Positions 1-9,019 are shown, counted from the stretch's first letter. The stretch: 31,295 bases of DNA from an uncultured Nitrososphaerota archaeon (GCA_964594835.1 CAZQNA010000014.1:1-31295), one strand, 5' to 3'. A program made the numbers and translations. Notes: generated by a model not told the origin, from the letters alone.

Positions 1-792
1 CGCCTCCGGCGTGAGGAGGTCGTCCCTGAGCCCGCAGTGGAAGTGAACCCTCCCTTCATAGTGCGGGAGGAGGTAGAGGGGATCTATCTCCCTCAGCACA
101 GAGTCGTCGTCCAGCCAAGAAGGCCGCGCCTCGACCTGGCCGTAGGTAAACACGTACCTGAGGTCCGCTGAGGCCAGGAGGAGCTCAGCCTTGTCTATCT
201 CCGCTCCGCTGCCGAGGGCCACGGCCGAGACTATGCTCCCGAGACTCCTGGAGATGAGGTAAACCTCCTCGGCCCCCTGCGCTCTGAGGTACTCCGCTAT
301 GAGGGCGATCTCGCTGGCCCCCTGCCTGATGAGGTCGGGCAGGACCTCCGCGCCCGGGAAGGTGCCCCTCTCCCCGTGGTAGGGTAGGTCGAACGCGAAG
401 ACCGCGTACCCGAGTCCTTCAAAGGCGTCCATGTCCCTCTCCCAGGTCTCCTTCCTCCCGCCGAGCCCGTGGACGAACACTATGGCCTTACCGTTCCAGT
501 TCTGGGGCTTCCTGTAGATGTGTGGAATCGCCGAGATCGCGGACTCCAGGTCTCCCCCGGACCCGGGCCCCCCTGTGGGGGCTGGGGAGGGCTTCGGCGG
601 CTTCCCTCCGCCGGGCCCCTCGGTCGGAACTTGGGTTCCCCCAGGCCTAGTCGCCTGAGAGGGGGCCGGAGAAGGCTCGGGCATTCGCGTTCTGCCGCGC
701 TCCAGTCGGATCAGGCCCAGATGAATGGCGAGGGCCGCGCCGACCGCGGCGAGGAGCAAGATAGCCAACAGCAGTAGGGCGCCTCGACTCAT
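1..792 (-). CDS. Membrane-anchored alpha/beta-fold hydrolase (3' end outside window)
   Basis: Hand translation (not in ORF track) from ATG at 792: MSRGALLLLAILLLAAVGAALAI (TM/signal), Pro/Gly linker, IVFVHGLGG, AFDLPYHGER, nucleophile elbow ISRSLG, then CGLRDDLL. Open to the window edge. Confidence 0.85.
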   Translation of the reverse strand, partial: MSRGALLLLAILLLAAVGAALAIHLGLIRLERGRTRMPEPSPAPSQATRPGGTQVPTEGPGGGKPPKPSPAPTGGPGSGGDLESAISAIPHIYRKPQNWNGKAIVFVHGLGGRKETWERDMDAFEGLGYAVFAFDLPYHGERGTFPGAEVLPDLIRQGASEIALIAEYLRAQGAEEVYLISRSLGSIVSAVALGSGAEIDKAELLLASADLRYVFTYGQVEARPSWLDDDSVLREIDPLYLLPHYEGRVHFHCGLRDDLLTPEA

Positions 793-896
793 CGCGGATC
801 CTAGGTCGGAATATTTACCAACTTTCAGGACGATGGGTATAGACCCGAGGAGACTCCCACAGGCCGGTTGGGACTGGGGGAAAGAGGGGGTAGAGT

Positions 897-1697
897 TCAC
901 CAGAACCCTATCGCCCTCACCCCGTTCCTCCTTATCCACTGGATGGCCCACTCGGTGGCCCAGACCGCGATGGCCGCCATGGCCATCGTCTCAACCCACG
1001 CGACCGTCAGCGCGGCGTACTCCAGCCCCTCCCCCGCCCCGGCGGCGAGCTTCACCAGGTGCGCGGGGGCCACGTACGGTATGCAGAGGAAGGCGAGCCT
1101 CAGACCCTCGGGCAGGGCCTGCACGGGCACCATGAGGAGCCCGACCACCACCAGGTTGAGGATCTCCAGGAGGTTGTTGGGGACGCTGGTCCTCACAGCC
1201 ACAGACGCCACGGTGAACCCGTAGGAGAGGCTCTGCACGGCCAGCAGTCCCATACCCAGCAGGAGGAGCCAGAGGCTCTCGGCGTGCAGGAGGTTGACGT
1301 GGAAGGCACCGCCGACCAGGGCCGCCATGAAGAGGAGCGACACCACTATCACGGACAGCCCGGTGACCACCCTGCCCAAGAGGGTCCTGAAGGGGGAGAA
1401 GCCCCTCACCAGGTGCTCCTCCACCATCCCGATCGAGATGAAGAAGTTCATCCATCCCCCCACCAGCGAGGAGAAGTTGGAAACGACGCTCCATGCGACG
1501 ATGGTCCAGAAGGCTCCCTTGACCGCGACCACGAGCTTCTCGCTGGGGACGAACAGCAGGGCGCCGAGGACGAACATGAAGATCCAGGCTCCCTCCGACA
1601 GGATCATGTTGAGGAAGGAGTACCTGTACCTCCACAGCCTGATGGTGTGGAGCCAGAGCACAGCCTTGACCCGGGCGAGGGCCTCGCTCGCCGCCAT
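897..1697 (-). CDS. ABC-2 type exporter permease
   Basis: 266 aa with about 6 hydrophobic segments. Last gene of an ATPase-permease-permease operon. Confidence 0.8.
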   Translation of the reverse strand: MAASEALARVKAVLWLHTIRLWRYRYSFLNMILSEGAWIFMFVLGALLFVPSEKLVVAVKGAFWTIVAWSVVSNFSSLVGGWMNFFISIGMVEEHLVRGFSPFRTLLGRVVTGLSVIVVSLLFMAALVGGAFHVNLLHAESLWLLLLGMGLLAVQSLSYGFTVASVAVRTSVPNNLLEILNLVVVGLLMVPVQALPEGLRLAFLCIPYVAPAHLVKLAAGAGEGLEYAALTVAWVETMAMAAIAVWATEWAIQWIRRNGVRAIGFW

Positions 1698-1698
1698 C

Positions 1699-2520
1699 TC
1701 AGATCGCCCCCTCCCTCATGGCCCTCCTCTCGCCCGCCTGAATAACCAGGCCGGAGGCGGAGTTGTACAGCGCAGTCATGGCCACCAGGGCCCCGATGAG
1801 CAGGGTGACCCTCCTCAGCTCCGGCGACCCGATGAGCGCGGCCACCCTCGCCAGCTCGATCGTGTAGGTCGACGGCAGGACCGCCGAGATCAGCTGGGCC
1901 CACCTCGGCAGCAGGTACGCCGGGTAGAAGGCGCCTGAGAACAGCAGGATGAGGGGATTAAGGAAGCTGAGTATGTTGCTCTCCTCCTTTATCGACAGGA
2001 GGAAGGAGGCGAAGAGGGCTGCGAACCCCAGCAGGGGGAGCATCCCCACGGTCGCGGCCAGCGCCATGACCCCGAGCTTCAGCGCCCCGTTGGAGAGGCC
2101 CTCGACCGCAAGCACGAGCGGGGCGAACTCGGCCAGCTGTATTGCCGCGGTCAGCAGGTACCTGGGCACGTACGTGAACACCAGGGTGACCGACGTCCTG
2201 TTCGGCGACAGGAGGACATAGGGGAGCGTGCCTATCCACCTGTGTTCGAGCACGCTCCCTCCGACGCCCCACATGACGTCCACGGAAACCATCATCGCCA
2301 CGGTGGAGGCAGCGAAGTAGGTGAGCGGGTTCACCGGCAGGCCCACGTTCTGCCTGAACGACTCGGCGCTGCCGAACATGGCCCCCATGCCCAGGATGAG
2401 CCCTAGGGTCAGGTAGGGCCATATCAGCATGGAGACGAAGGCGGACCTGTTGTTCTTGAAGAAGTACAGGTCGAGCGCGATGCCGGACTTCAGGAGCGTC
2501 CTGACCCCCACGGCAACCAC
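1699..2520 (-). CDS. ABC-2 type exporter permease
   Basis: EHRWIGTLPYVLLSP and FSGAFYPAYLLPRWAQLISAVLPSTY motifs typical of ABC-2 permeases. Confidence 0.85.
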   Translation of the reverse strand: MVAVGVRTLLKSGIALDLYFFKNNRSAFVSMLIWPYLTLGLILGMGAMFGSAESFRQNVGLPVNPLTYFAASTVAMMVSVDVMWGVGGSVLEHRWIGTLPYVLLSPNRTSVTLVFTYVPRYLLTAAIQLAEFAPLVLAVEGLSNGALKLGVMALAATVGMLPLLGFAALFASFLLSIKEESNILSFLNPLILLFSGAFYPAYLLPRWAQLISAVLPSTYTIELARVAALIGSPELRRVTLLIGALVAMTALYNSASGLVIQAGERRAMREGAI

Positions 2521-2528
2521 CCCACGGC

Positions 2529-3554
2529 TCAGAAGCCCGCCCGCCCGGTCAGCTGGATGAAGACGTCCTCGAGGGTCGGCTCGCTCACCTCAACCCTCCT
2601 TATCCCGCACCTCATCGAGTGGAGCAGGCTCAGCACCTTGGAGGTGGTTTCCTCCACCCGCTCCGGGGACTGGACGATCTTCAGCCTCACCGTACCGTTC
2701 TCCGGGAAGGCGTCGGCTGGCGAGTCCACCTCCCCCCTCACCCTGGCCAGGAGTTCGTCGACCCTCACGTGCGCCGGCGGGGAGACCACGATCTCTAGGG
2801 AGACGCGGTCGGACACTCTCCGCTTGAGTCCCTCCACCGTGTCGAGGGCGATGATCTTGCCCTGGTTGATGATGGCGACGCGGTCGCAGACGATCTCGGC
2901 CTCAAACATGTTGTGGGTCGTCACCAGGACGGTCTTACCCTCCTCGTGGGCTATCCTCACGAGCAGCTCCCTGAGGGTCCTGGCGGACGGGGGGTCCAGG
3001 CCGAGGGTGGGCTCGTCGAGGATCAGCACCTCGGGGTCGGTGAGCAGGGCCCTGGCTATGCTCAGCCTTGCCTTCATACCCAGAGAGTACTCCTCGTAGA
3101 GCTTGTCCTCCACACCGAGTTCCGTGAGGCCCACCAGCCTCAGCACCTCGTTCACCCTCCCTCTCAGCCTCGGCCCATCCATCCCGTAGAGCATGCCGAA
3201 GTAGGTGAGGTTCTCCCGGCCGGTGAGCTTCCAGAAGAACCCCTTCTCCACGGTAAGCGACACTCCGATCCTCTTCCTGACCTCCGGAGCCTGCTCCACC
3301 ACGTCGTAGCCGAGGACGCTCGCCCTCCCGCCGTCAGGCAGGAGGAGCGTGCAGAGTATCTTCACGGTCGTGGTCTTTCCGGCCCCGTTGGGCCCCAGCA
3401 GGCCGAAGACCTCCCCCCTCCTGACGTCGAACGAGATGCCCTTCAGCGCCTCCACGATCTTCTTCTCCCGCCTGAACATCCCCCTCCTCAGATAGGTGGT
3501 GTACCTCTTCTCCAGGTCCTGGACACTTATCGCCGGATTAACCATCGGATTCAT
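2529..3554 (-). CDS. ABC exporter ATP-binding protein (DrrA/NatA-like)
   Basis: Walker A GPNGAGKTT, signature YSLGMK, Walker B LILDEPT, H-loop TTHN, C-terminal EPTLEDVF. The start may be the ATG at 3545. Confidence 0.95.
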   Translation of the reverse strand: MNPMVNPAISVQDLEKRYTTYLRRGMFRREKKIVEALKGISFDVRRGEVFGLLGPNGAGKTTTVKILCTLLLPDGGRASVLGYDVVEQAPEVRKRIGVSLTVEKGFFWKLTGRENLTYFGMLYGMDGPRLRGRVNEVLRLVGLTELGVEDKLYEEYSLGMKARLSIARALLTDPEVLILDEPTLGLDPPSARTLRELLVRIAHEEGKTVLVTTHNMFEAEIVCDRVAIINQGKIIALDTVEGLKRRVSDRVSLEIVVSPPAHVRVDELLARVRGEVDSPADAFPENGTVRLKIVQSPERVEETTSKVLSLLHSMRCGIRRVEVSEPTLEDVFIQLTGRAGF

Positions 3555-3835
3555 CCCCTCGGGGGCGTCGCTCGCGATTCCCAGGCACGCAGATATATCG
3601 ATTCTGAGCAGAAGTGAGCGCTCGCCGCGACGGTATTCTCACAGGCTCACTCTGATCGATCATTAATGACCTCATTGCCGACATGTACAAGGGAGACTAG
3701 GGGTCACAAGGCTCAAGATCAGGGAGTATCAGCCTTTCTTTCTCAGCTCTCCGGCGTTTTCATCTCTGGGCGGAGAGGATACCCGCTATCTGGTGAACTC
3801 GGCGCGGTCGGCGGCTCTCACAGCTTACGCAACTC

Positions 3836-3872
3836 TTATTAGGTTAACCTAATAAAGTTAGGAGAGCCTAAC
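3836..3872. promoter_or_regulatory. Two tandem DtxR-type operators (TTAGG-N4-CCTAA)
   Basis: Perfect 20-bp palindrome TTATTAGGTTAACCTAATAA (3836-3855) and inverted repeat GTTAGG-AGAG-CCTAAC (3857-3872) directly before the ATG of a DtxR-family gene. Half-sites resemble the DtxR/IdeR iron box. Confidence 0.85.
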
Positions 3873-4631
3873 ATGACGCCGGGCAGGCCGCTTTCTCCGA
3901 GGGCTGAAGACTACCTGGAAGCGGTGTACAGATTGAGCCTGAACAAGGGCAGAAGGCCAGTAAGGCTGAAGGACATCGCAAGGGCCCTTAGAGTGAAGCT
4001 CCCTTCGGCAGTCCAGATGCTCAGGTCTCTGGCCAATGAGGGGCTCGTAATCTACGAGAGGTTCGGCGCCATAGAACTCACTCCCAAGGGAATTGAGGCG
4101 GCGAGGAGCGTGTACGAAAGGCACAAGACGCTGTACAGGTTTCTGAGGGAAATCCTCGGAGTTGACGGCGATACAGCCGAGCGCGACGCGTGTGGGATGG
4201 AGCACTACGTGAGCGAAGACACTCTCTTCAGGCTCTTGAAGTTCATCGAGTTCATTGAGAACTGCCCTGAGGGAGAGCCACTCTGGCTCTCAAGCTTCCA
4301 CTACTACCTGAAGCACGGAGAGCGGCCTGCCCACTGCATTGAGAGGCATCTCACTCCCGGAGGTGGTTTGCAATTGATCAGGCTGAGCGACCTGAGGGTT
4401 GGAGAGTCGGGAAAGGTTGTGAAGCTCTCCGGAGACTCTGTCGTGAAGAGGAGGCTCCTGGACATGGGGATCGTTCCCGGCGTCGAGGTCAGGGTCGAGA
4501 GGGTGGCCCCGCTTGGGGACCCGATCGACGTTGTGGTCAAGGGATACCACCTCTCGCTGAGGAGGGAGGAGGCGAAGGCCGTAGCGGTGGTGAGAATTGA
4601 TGCCTCTGAGCCTGGCTCCAGCGGGGAGTAG
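3873..4631 (+). CDS. dtxR: DtxR/MntR-family metal-dependent repressor with C-terminal FeoA domain
   Basis: EDYLEAVY wHTH start, metal-site motif DACGMEH, and C-terminal FeoA domain RRLLDMGIVPGVEVRVERVAPLGDP. Confidence 0.92.
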   Translation: MTPGRPLSPRAEDYLEAVYRLSLNKGRRPVRLKDIARALRVKLPSAVQMLRSLANEGLVIYERFGAIELTPKGIEAARSVYERHKTLYRFLREILGVDGDTAERDACGMEHYVSEDTLFRLLKFIEFIENCPEGEPLWLSSFHYYLKHGERPAHCIERHLTPGGGLQLIRLSDLRVGESGKVVKLSGDSVVKRRLLDMGIVPGVEVRVERVAPLGDPIDVVVKGYHLSLRREEAKAVAVVRIDASEPGSSGE

Positions 4632-4830
4632 GGTCCGCGTAGTAGACGTCAGAGGGGGAAGGGGGCTCGTCAGGAGGCTGGCTGAGATGGGGATCTATCC
4701 CGGAGCCGTGGTGGAAGTGCTCTCCAACTGGAGCGGTCCCGTCGTGGTGAGCGTTGGTGGAGTCAGGCTCGGCCTGGGTCCAGGAGTTGCTCACAAGGTA
4801 CTGGTAGAACCCGTCTGGGGAGGTGTGTAG
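4597..4830 (+). CDS. feoA: Ferrous iron transport protein A
   Basis: RRLAEMGIYPG motif, 77 aa, directly upstream of feoB. Confidence 0.9.
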   Translation: MMPLSLAPAGSRVRVVDVRGGRGLVRRLAEMGIYPGAVVEVLSNWSGPVVVSVGGVRLGLGPGVAHKVLVEPVWGGV

Positions 4831-4833
4831 AGA

Positions 4834-6894
4834 GTGGGGGCTATTTCGACGGATCTCGAGCTTGCCCTGCGGAGCATTAGGGTGGCGCTGGCGGGGAACC
4901 CGAACTCCGGTAAGACCACGGTCTTTAACAACCTGACGGGCTCGAGGCAGCACACGGGCAACTGGCCCGGCAAGACCGTGGAGAGAAAGGACGGGCTCTT
5001 CAGGCACAGGGAGTTTGAGGTCCACGTAACCGACCTCCCGGGGATCTACAGCCTGACCGCCTACTCGACAGACGAGATGATCGCCAGAGACTTCCTGGTG
5101 AACGAGAGGCCAGACGTTGTAGTGGTCGTGGTGGACGCGTCGAATCTGGAGAGGAACCTCTACCTCACGGTGCTCCTCCTGGAGCTTGGCGTCAACGTCG
5201 TTCTCGACCTAAACATGATGGACGATGTGAGGAAGAGGGGCCTGCAGATAGACTCGGAGAAGATAGCGAGAGCTCTGGGAGTCAGGGTCGTGGAGACGAT
5301 AGCCAACAGAGGCATTGGAATGGACGAGCTGAGGGACGCCATGGTAGAGGCAGCCTTGAGACCCCGGACCTCGGGACCCCTAAGGGTCGACTACGGAGAG
5401 GAGGTAGAAGGGGCCATACGTGCGCTCGAGTCGGAGATAACTCAACGCGGCATCCTCGCCGGGAAGTACCCCTCTAGGTGGCTCGCAGTCAAGCTCCTAG
5501 AGGGAGACCCAGCAGTCCTCAACGAGGTCGGCTCTCTTCCGGGCGGAGCGGAGCTGGCGTCCAAGGCGGCGAGGCTCGCTGCAGAGTTGGAGTCCAGGTT
5601 GGGAGAGGACGTCGAGACCTACATGATCGAGAGGAGGTACGGCTTCATCAAGGGGTTGGTCCAGGCGAGCGTCAAAGGTCTGAGCGTCGAGAGGAGGCTG
5701 AGCATCTCCGACAGGATAGACGAGGTGGTCACCAACAGGGTGCTGGGAGTGCCGATATTCTTGGGGCTCATGTGGGCCACGTTCAACCTCGTGTTCAGGA
5801 TCGGAAACCCGATGGCGGACGCAATCGACGCCTTCTTCGGCTGGCTGGCTGAGGGGTCCGCGAGTCTCGTAACCGCTGTCGGGGCCCCAGAGTGGGTCGC
5901 GTCTCTGATTGTGGACGGCGTCATCGGAGGAATAGGCTCGGTCCTGGTGTTCCTGCCCAACATCATGCTGCTCTTCCTTGCAATATCGATCCTGGAGGAC
6001 TCGGGGTACATGGCGAGAGCGGCGTTCGTGATGGACAGGGTGATGAGGGCAATTGGCCTCCACGGGAAGTCGTTCATATCCATGATACTCGGATTTGGCT
6101 GCAACGTCCCGGCCATAATGGCTACGAGAAGCATTGAGAGCGAGAAAGATAGGATAGTCACGATCCTAGTCAACCCGCTGATGTCATGTTCGGCCAGGCT
6201 CCCGATCTACGTCCTCTTTGCGTCGGCCTTCTTCGAGGGCAATCAGGGCAACGTGATCTTCTCACTCTACCTGTTGGGCATAATCCTGGCCGTGGCAGTT
6301 GCCAGGCTGCTCAAAGCGGCCATTTTCAAGGGAACGCCATCCCCGTTCATCATGGAGCTACCGCCTTACAGGCTGCCCACGCTCAGGAGCGTGTTCATCC
6401 ACATGTGGTCCAGGTCGAGCCTGTTCTTGAGGAAGGCTGGCACCATAATCTTCGGAACTGTACTCCTGATTTGGGCTCTGGGCAGCCTCCCTCCGGGAGT
6501 CGAGTTTGCCTCTCAGCAGAGCCTCGCTGGCAGGCTCGGGAGCGCCATAGCTCCCCTGCTCAGGCCCGCGGGCTTTGGGTCCTGGCAGGCTGCAGTAGCC
6601 CTCCTTTTCGGCATACTGGCCAAGGAGGTTGTAGTAGGCACCCTGGGGACCCTGTACGGGGTTGAGGAGGAGGGCCTGATCGAGGCTGTGAGGCGCGACT
6701 TCACGCCCCTCTCGGCGTACGCCTTCATGGTGATGTCGCTCGTGTATATCCCCTGCATCGCGACCATAGCGGTAATCAGAAGGGAGACCAACAGCTGGAA
6801 GTGGACGGCATTCGCAGTGCTCTACAGCCTCTTCCTGGGCTGGGCACTCGCCGTCTTAGTGTACCAGGTAGGCAGACTGTTGGGGTTCGGGTAG
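4834..6894 (+). CDS. feoB: Ferrous iron transport protein B
   Basis: G1 GNPNSGKT, G2 NWPGKTVE, G3 DLPGIYSL, G4 NMMD, gate motif GFGCNVPA, KEVVV, YIPCIAT. Confidence 0.98.
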   Translation: MGAISTDLELALRSIRVALAGNPNSGKTTVFNNLTGSRQHTGNWPGKTVERKDGLFRHREFEVHVTDLPGIYSLTAYSTDEMIARDFLVNERPDVVVVVVDASNLERNLYLTVLLLELGVNVVLDLNMMDDVRKRGLQIDSEKIARALGVRVVETIANRGIGMDELRDAMVEAALRPRTSGPLRVDYGEEVEGAIRALESEITQRGILAGKYPSRWLAVKLLEGDPAVLNEVGSLPGGAELASKAARLAAELESRLGEDVETYMIERRYGFIKGLVQASVKGLSVERRLSISDRIDEVVTNRVLGVPIFLGLMWATFNLVFRIGNPMADAIDAFFGWLAEGSASLVTAVGAPEWVASLIVDGVIGGIGSVLVFLPNIMLLFLAISILEDSGYMARAAFVMDRVMRAIGLHGKSFISMILGFGCNVPAIMATRSIESEKDRIVTILVNPLMSCSARLPIYVLFASAFFEGNQGNVIFSLYLLGIILAVAVARLLKAAIFKGTPSPFIMELPPYRLPTLRSVFIHMWSRSSLFLRKAGTIIFGTVLLIWALGSLPPGVEFASQQSLAGRLGSAIAPLLRPAGFGSWQAAVALLFGILAKEVVVGTLGTLYGVEEEGLIEAVRRDFTPLSAYAFMVMSLVYIPCIATIAVIRRETNSWKWTAFAVLYSLFLGWALAVLVYQVGRLLGFG

Positions 6895-7024
6895 GCGGGG
6901 GCATAAGGAACGCCACCTTCATATCACTGTCGGGGGCTCTCCAGGGGGTGGCAGGGCATACTCCGAGATACCGCCAGCTTGACGACTATGCCCTTCCCTC
7001 TCTCTTTTAAAACCGCCAAGCCGA

Positions 7025-7900
7025 TCAGTCGGCGTGAAACTCTACGCTCTCCCCGCAGTAGAGTTCCCTGAATCCGGGGAGCTTCTCCCTCATGAGGGTC
7101 CTCGCCCTGAACCCGGTGCAGTGCATCGGGATGACCGCCTCGACTCCCAGCTCCAGCAGGCCGGAGATGGTCTTCTCTATCCTCTCCTCGCTCGCGTCTA
7201 TGAGGTGGAACCCTCCGATCACGGCCCTCACCCTAGACGCTCCCGTGACCTCCAGAGCCCGGTTCACCGTGTTCACCACGCCGCTGTGACCGCACCCAGT
7301 CAACACCAGCAGAGAGTTGTCGCTCAGCGTGACGACCAGCGCCTGGTCATCCGGCAGCGAGTCTGGGGTAAACAAGCCGTCCACAACCTTGTAGAACCCG
7401 GAGACAACCTCAAAGTCGTTCCTCCTCGGCACCTCCCCCGTCGTCACCACGCCCTCCGCGATGGTCACGGGCCCCTTGGACAGGAGGAGGAGTCCGCCAG
7501 CCCTCCAGACATCCTCCTTCGAGAAGGGGGGCCCGGCGTACGTGAGCTTCTTCAGCCCGAGCGACGGGACTATGGCGTACTTGGTCCTGTCGAGCGCCTC
7601 AGGGTGGGCGATCACCGGGGTGGGCTTCCCCACGTGAGAGAGAACCTTCAGGAGGCCCCCGGTGTGGTCATAGTGGTTGTGACTGAGCACGATGGCGTCC
7701 AGCTCGGCGAGGTCGATCCCCAGTACATCAGCGTTGTTGAGTAGTGCGTCTCCCCTCATACCCGTGTCCAGCAGTATTTTGGCCTCCACACCTCCCCAGG
7801 TCTCCAGCATGAGGGCAATCCCGTTCTCGGCCAGGATGGGCCCCTCGTAGTGCGTGGTGTTGTCCACCAGCGCGGTTACCCTCGCGGCTCGCGGACCCAG
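7025..7900 (-). CDS. Metallo-beta-lactamase-fold hydrolase (COG1237-like)
   Basis: LLDTG, SHNHYDHTGG, GCGHSG, GGFHL, PMHCTG. The true start lies well inside the 8194 ORF: either CTG at 7900 (after GGGGTGAG) or ATG at 7933. Confidence 0.88.
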   Translation of the reverse strand: MGPRAARVTALVDNTTHYEGPILAENGIALMLETWGGVEAKILLDTGMRGDALLNNADVLGIDLAELDAIVLSHNHYDHTGGLLKVLSHVGKPTPVIAHPEALDRTKYAIVPSLGLKKLTYAGPPFSKEDVWRAGGLLLLSKGPVTIAEGVVTTGEVPRRNDFEVVSGFYKVVDGLFTPDSLPDDQALVVTLSDNSLLVLTGCGHSGVVNTVNRALEVTGASRVRAVIGGFHLIDASEERIEKTISGLLELGVEAVIPMHCTGFRARTLMREKLPGFRELYCGESVEFHAD

Positions 7901-8105
7901 GGTCTCACCCCGGCGTGGGACGCGTCGAGTCATATAACCTTGACACGCCGACGGCCGGGGGCTCCTAACCAACCCAGAGCCGAGGGCCCTCTCGGTTCGG
8001 GGGCAGGCGCGGCGTGGAACACTCCTTTTCAGCGTGGGGAGTACAAGGAAACTCCAAGGAGACCCTGAGGAGAGAACGCCGATCTCGGGGCGGCCTACTT
8101 CAACC

Positions 8106-8568
8106 TCAGTCGAACTCCGACTTCTCGAGGTACTCGACGGAGTCCTCCCTCGTGTGCAGCTTCTCGGGAGGGATCTCAGTGGTCTCATCTCCATACATCG
8201 CCAGCTCCTTCTCCTTCCTCAGGGACCTGAAGATGGAGGCGATCCTGTCGACGTGGACTCTGAACTCGTGCGGGAACCTCTCCCTCTTAAGCACGGGCCC
8301 CAAGTCGTGCCACTTTGGCGGCTCGATGCCCACAAGTCTGAGGGCGCCCTTAAGGGCCAGCTCTACGGCCTCCTGGCTCTGTCTAACGGTATAGGGGGTA
8401 GCTCCCAGCCTCCACGGCCTCCCTAGCGTGCTTCAGCCTCTGGCCACGCTCCCGAACATCACGACGGACACGAGCCCGCCGTCGAGGATCTCCCTGAGCG
8501 CCTCCAGCAGTCCCTCGACTAGGTTCCGGTACGGCTCAGGGTACGTGGCTCAGCCCTGCCTTAACCAC
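8106..8568 (-). pseudogene. Broken MNT-HEPN toxin-antitoxin pair
   Basis: MNT N-terminus (PEPYRNLVEGLLEALREILDGGLVSVVMFGSVARG*) joined at about 8440 to HEPN (RLKHAREAVEAGSYP/YTVRQSQEAVELALKGALRLVGIEPPKWHD...MYGDE). Frameshifts near 8540 and 8395. Confidence 0.85.
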
Positions 8569-8718
8569 TCACATCACCAGCTGGGGGCCCAAGCTTAGTG
8601 AGAGGCCGCTATATGTAAGTGTTCTCTCTTCTCAGGCAACGGCCTCGCTCGCTGATCGAACTCCCCCACATAAGCTCCACAGCTGTGTTGCGCGGTTCTC
8701 AGGTACCTAGGAGCTGGG

Positions 8719-8882
8719 CCGCACATCCGTCTGTGGAGCAGGCTCAGCACCCTGGAATGCGTTCACCTTACGCGCTCCGGGGACTGGACGACCCTCAGCC
8801 TTCGCAACACGCTCTCCAGAGAGCAGGGACCGATGGGTCCACCTCCCCTCGCCCTAGTCAGGGAGCCCCAACCCTCACGTGC
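8719..8882. repeat. Diverged direct copy of 2605-2772 (C-terminal region of the ABC ATPase gene)
   Basis: Collinear identical blocks GTGGAGCAGGCTCAGCACC (19 nt), CGCTCCGGGGACTGGACGA (19 nt), GTCCACCTCCCC (12 nt) and ACCCTCACGTGC (12 nt). Translates as RLRVVQSPERV versus RLKIVQSPERV. Confidence 0.9.
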
Positions 8883-9019
8883 TTCTACCATATCATTCAC
8901 CTGGCGTAATCTGGCAGAGATCGCTGGCGCGTGCTCTTCTGAGCAGACATGAGAGCGCCTCAGGACTTGCGGGAGGCCGCACAATCCTTTTTTTAAGACT
9001 GAACTTGTCTCCAGCATCT

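Noticed and set aside
3653-3669. Overlapping palindromes TGATCGATCA and TCATTAATGA
   Set aside because: Only 10 bp each, far from either start codon and not repeated elsewhere; could be chance.
2605-8882. DGR template/variable repeat pair
   Set aside because: Mismatches involve all four bases plus indels, and there is no reverse transcriptase in the window.
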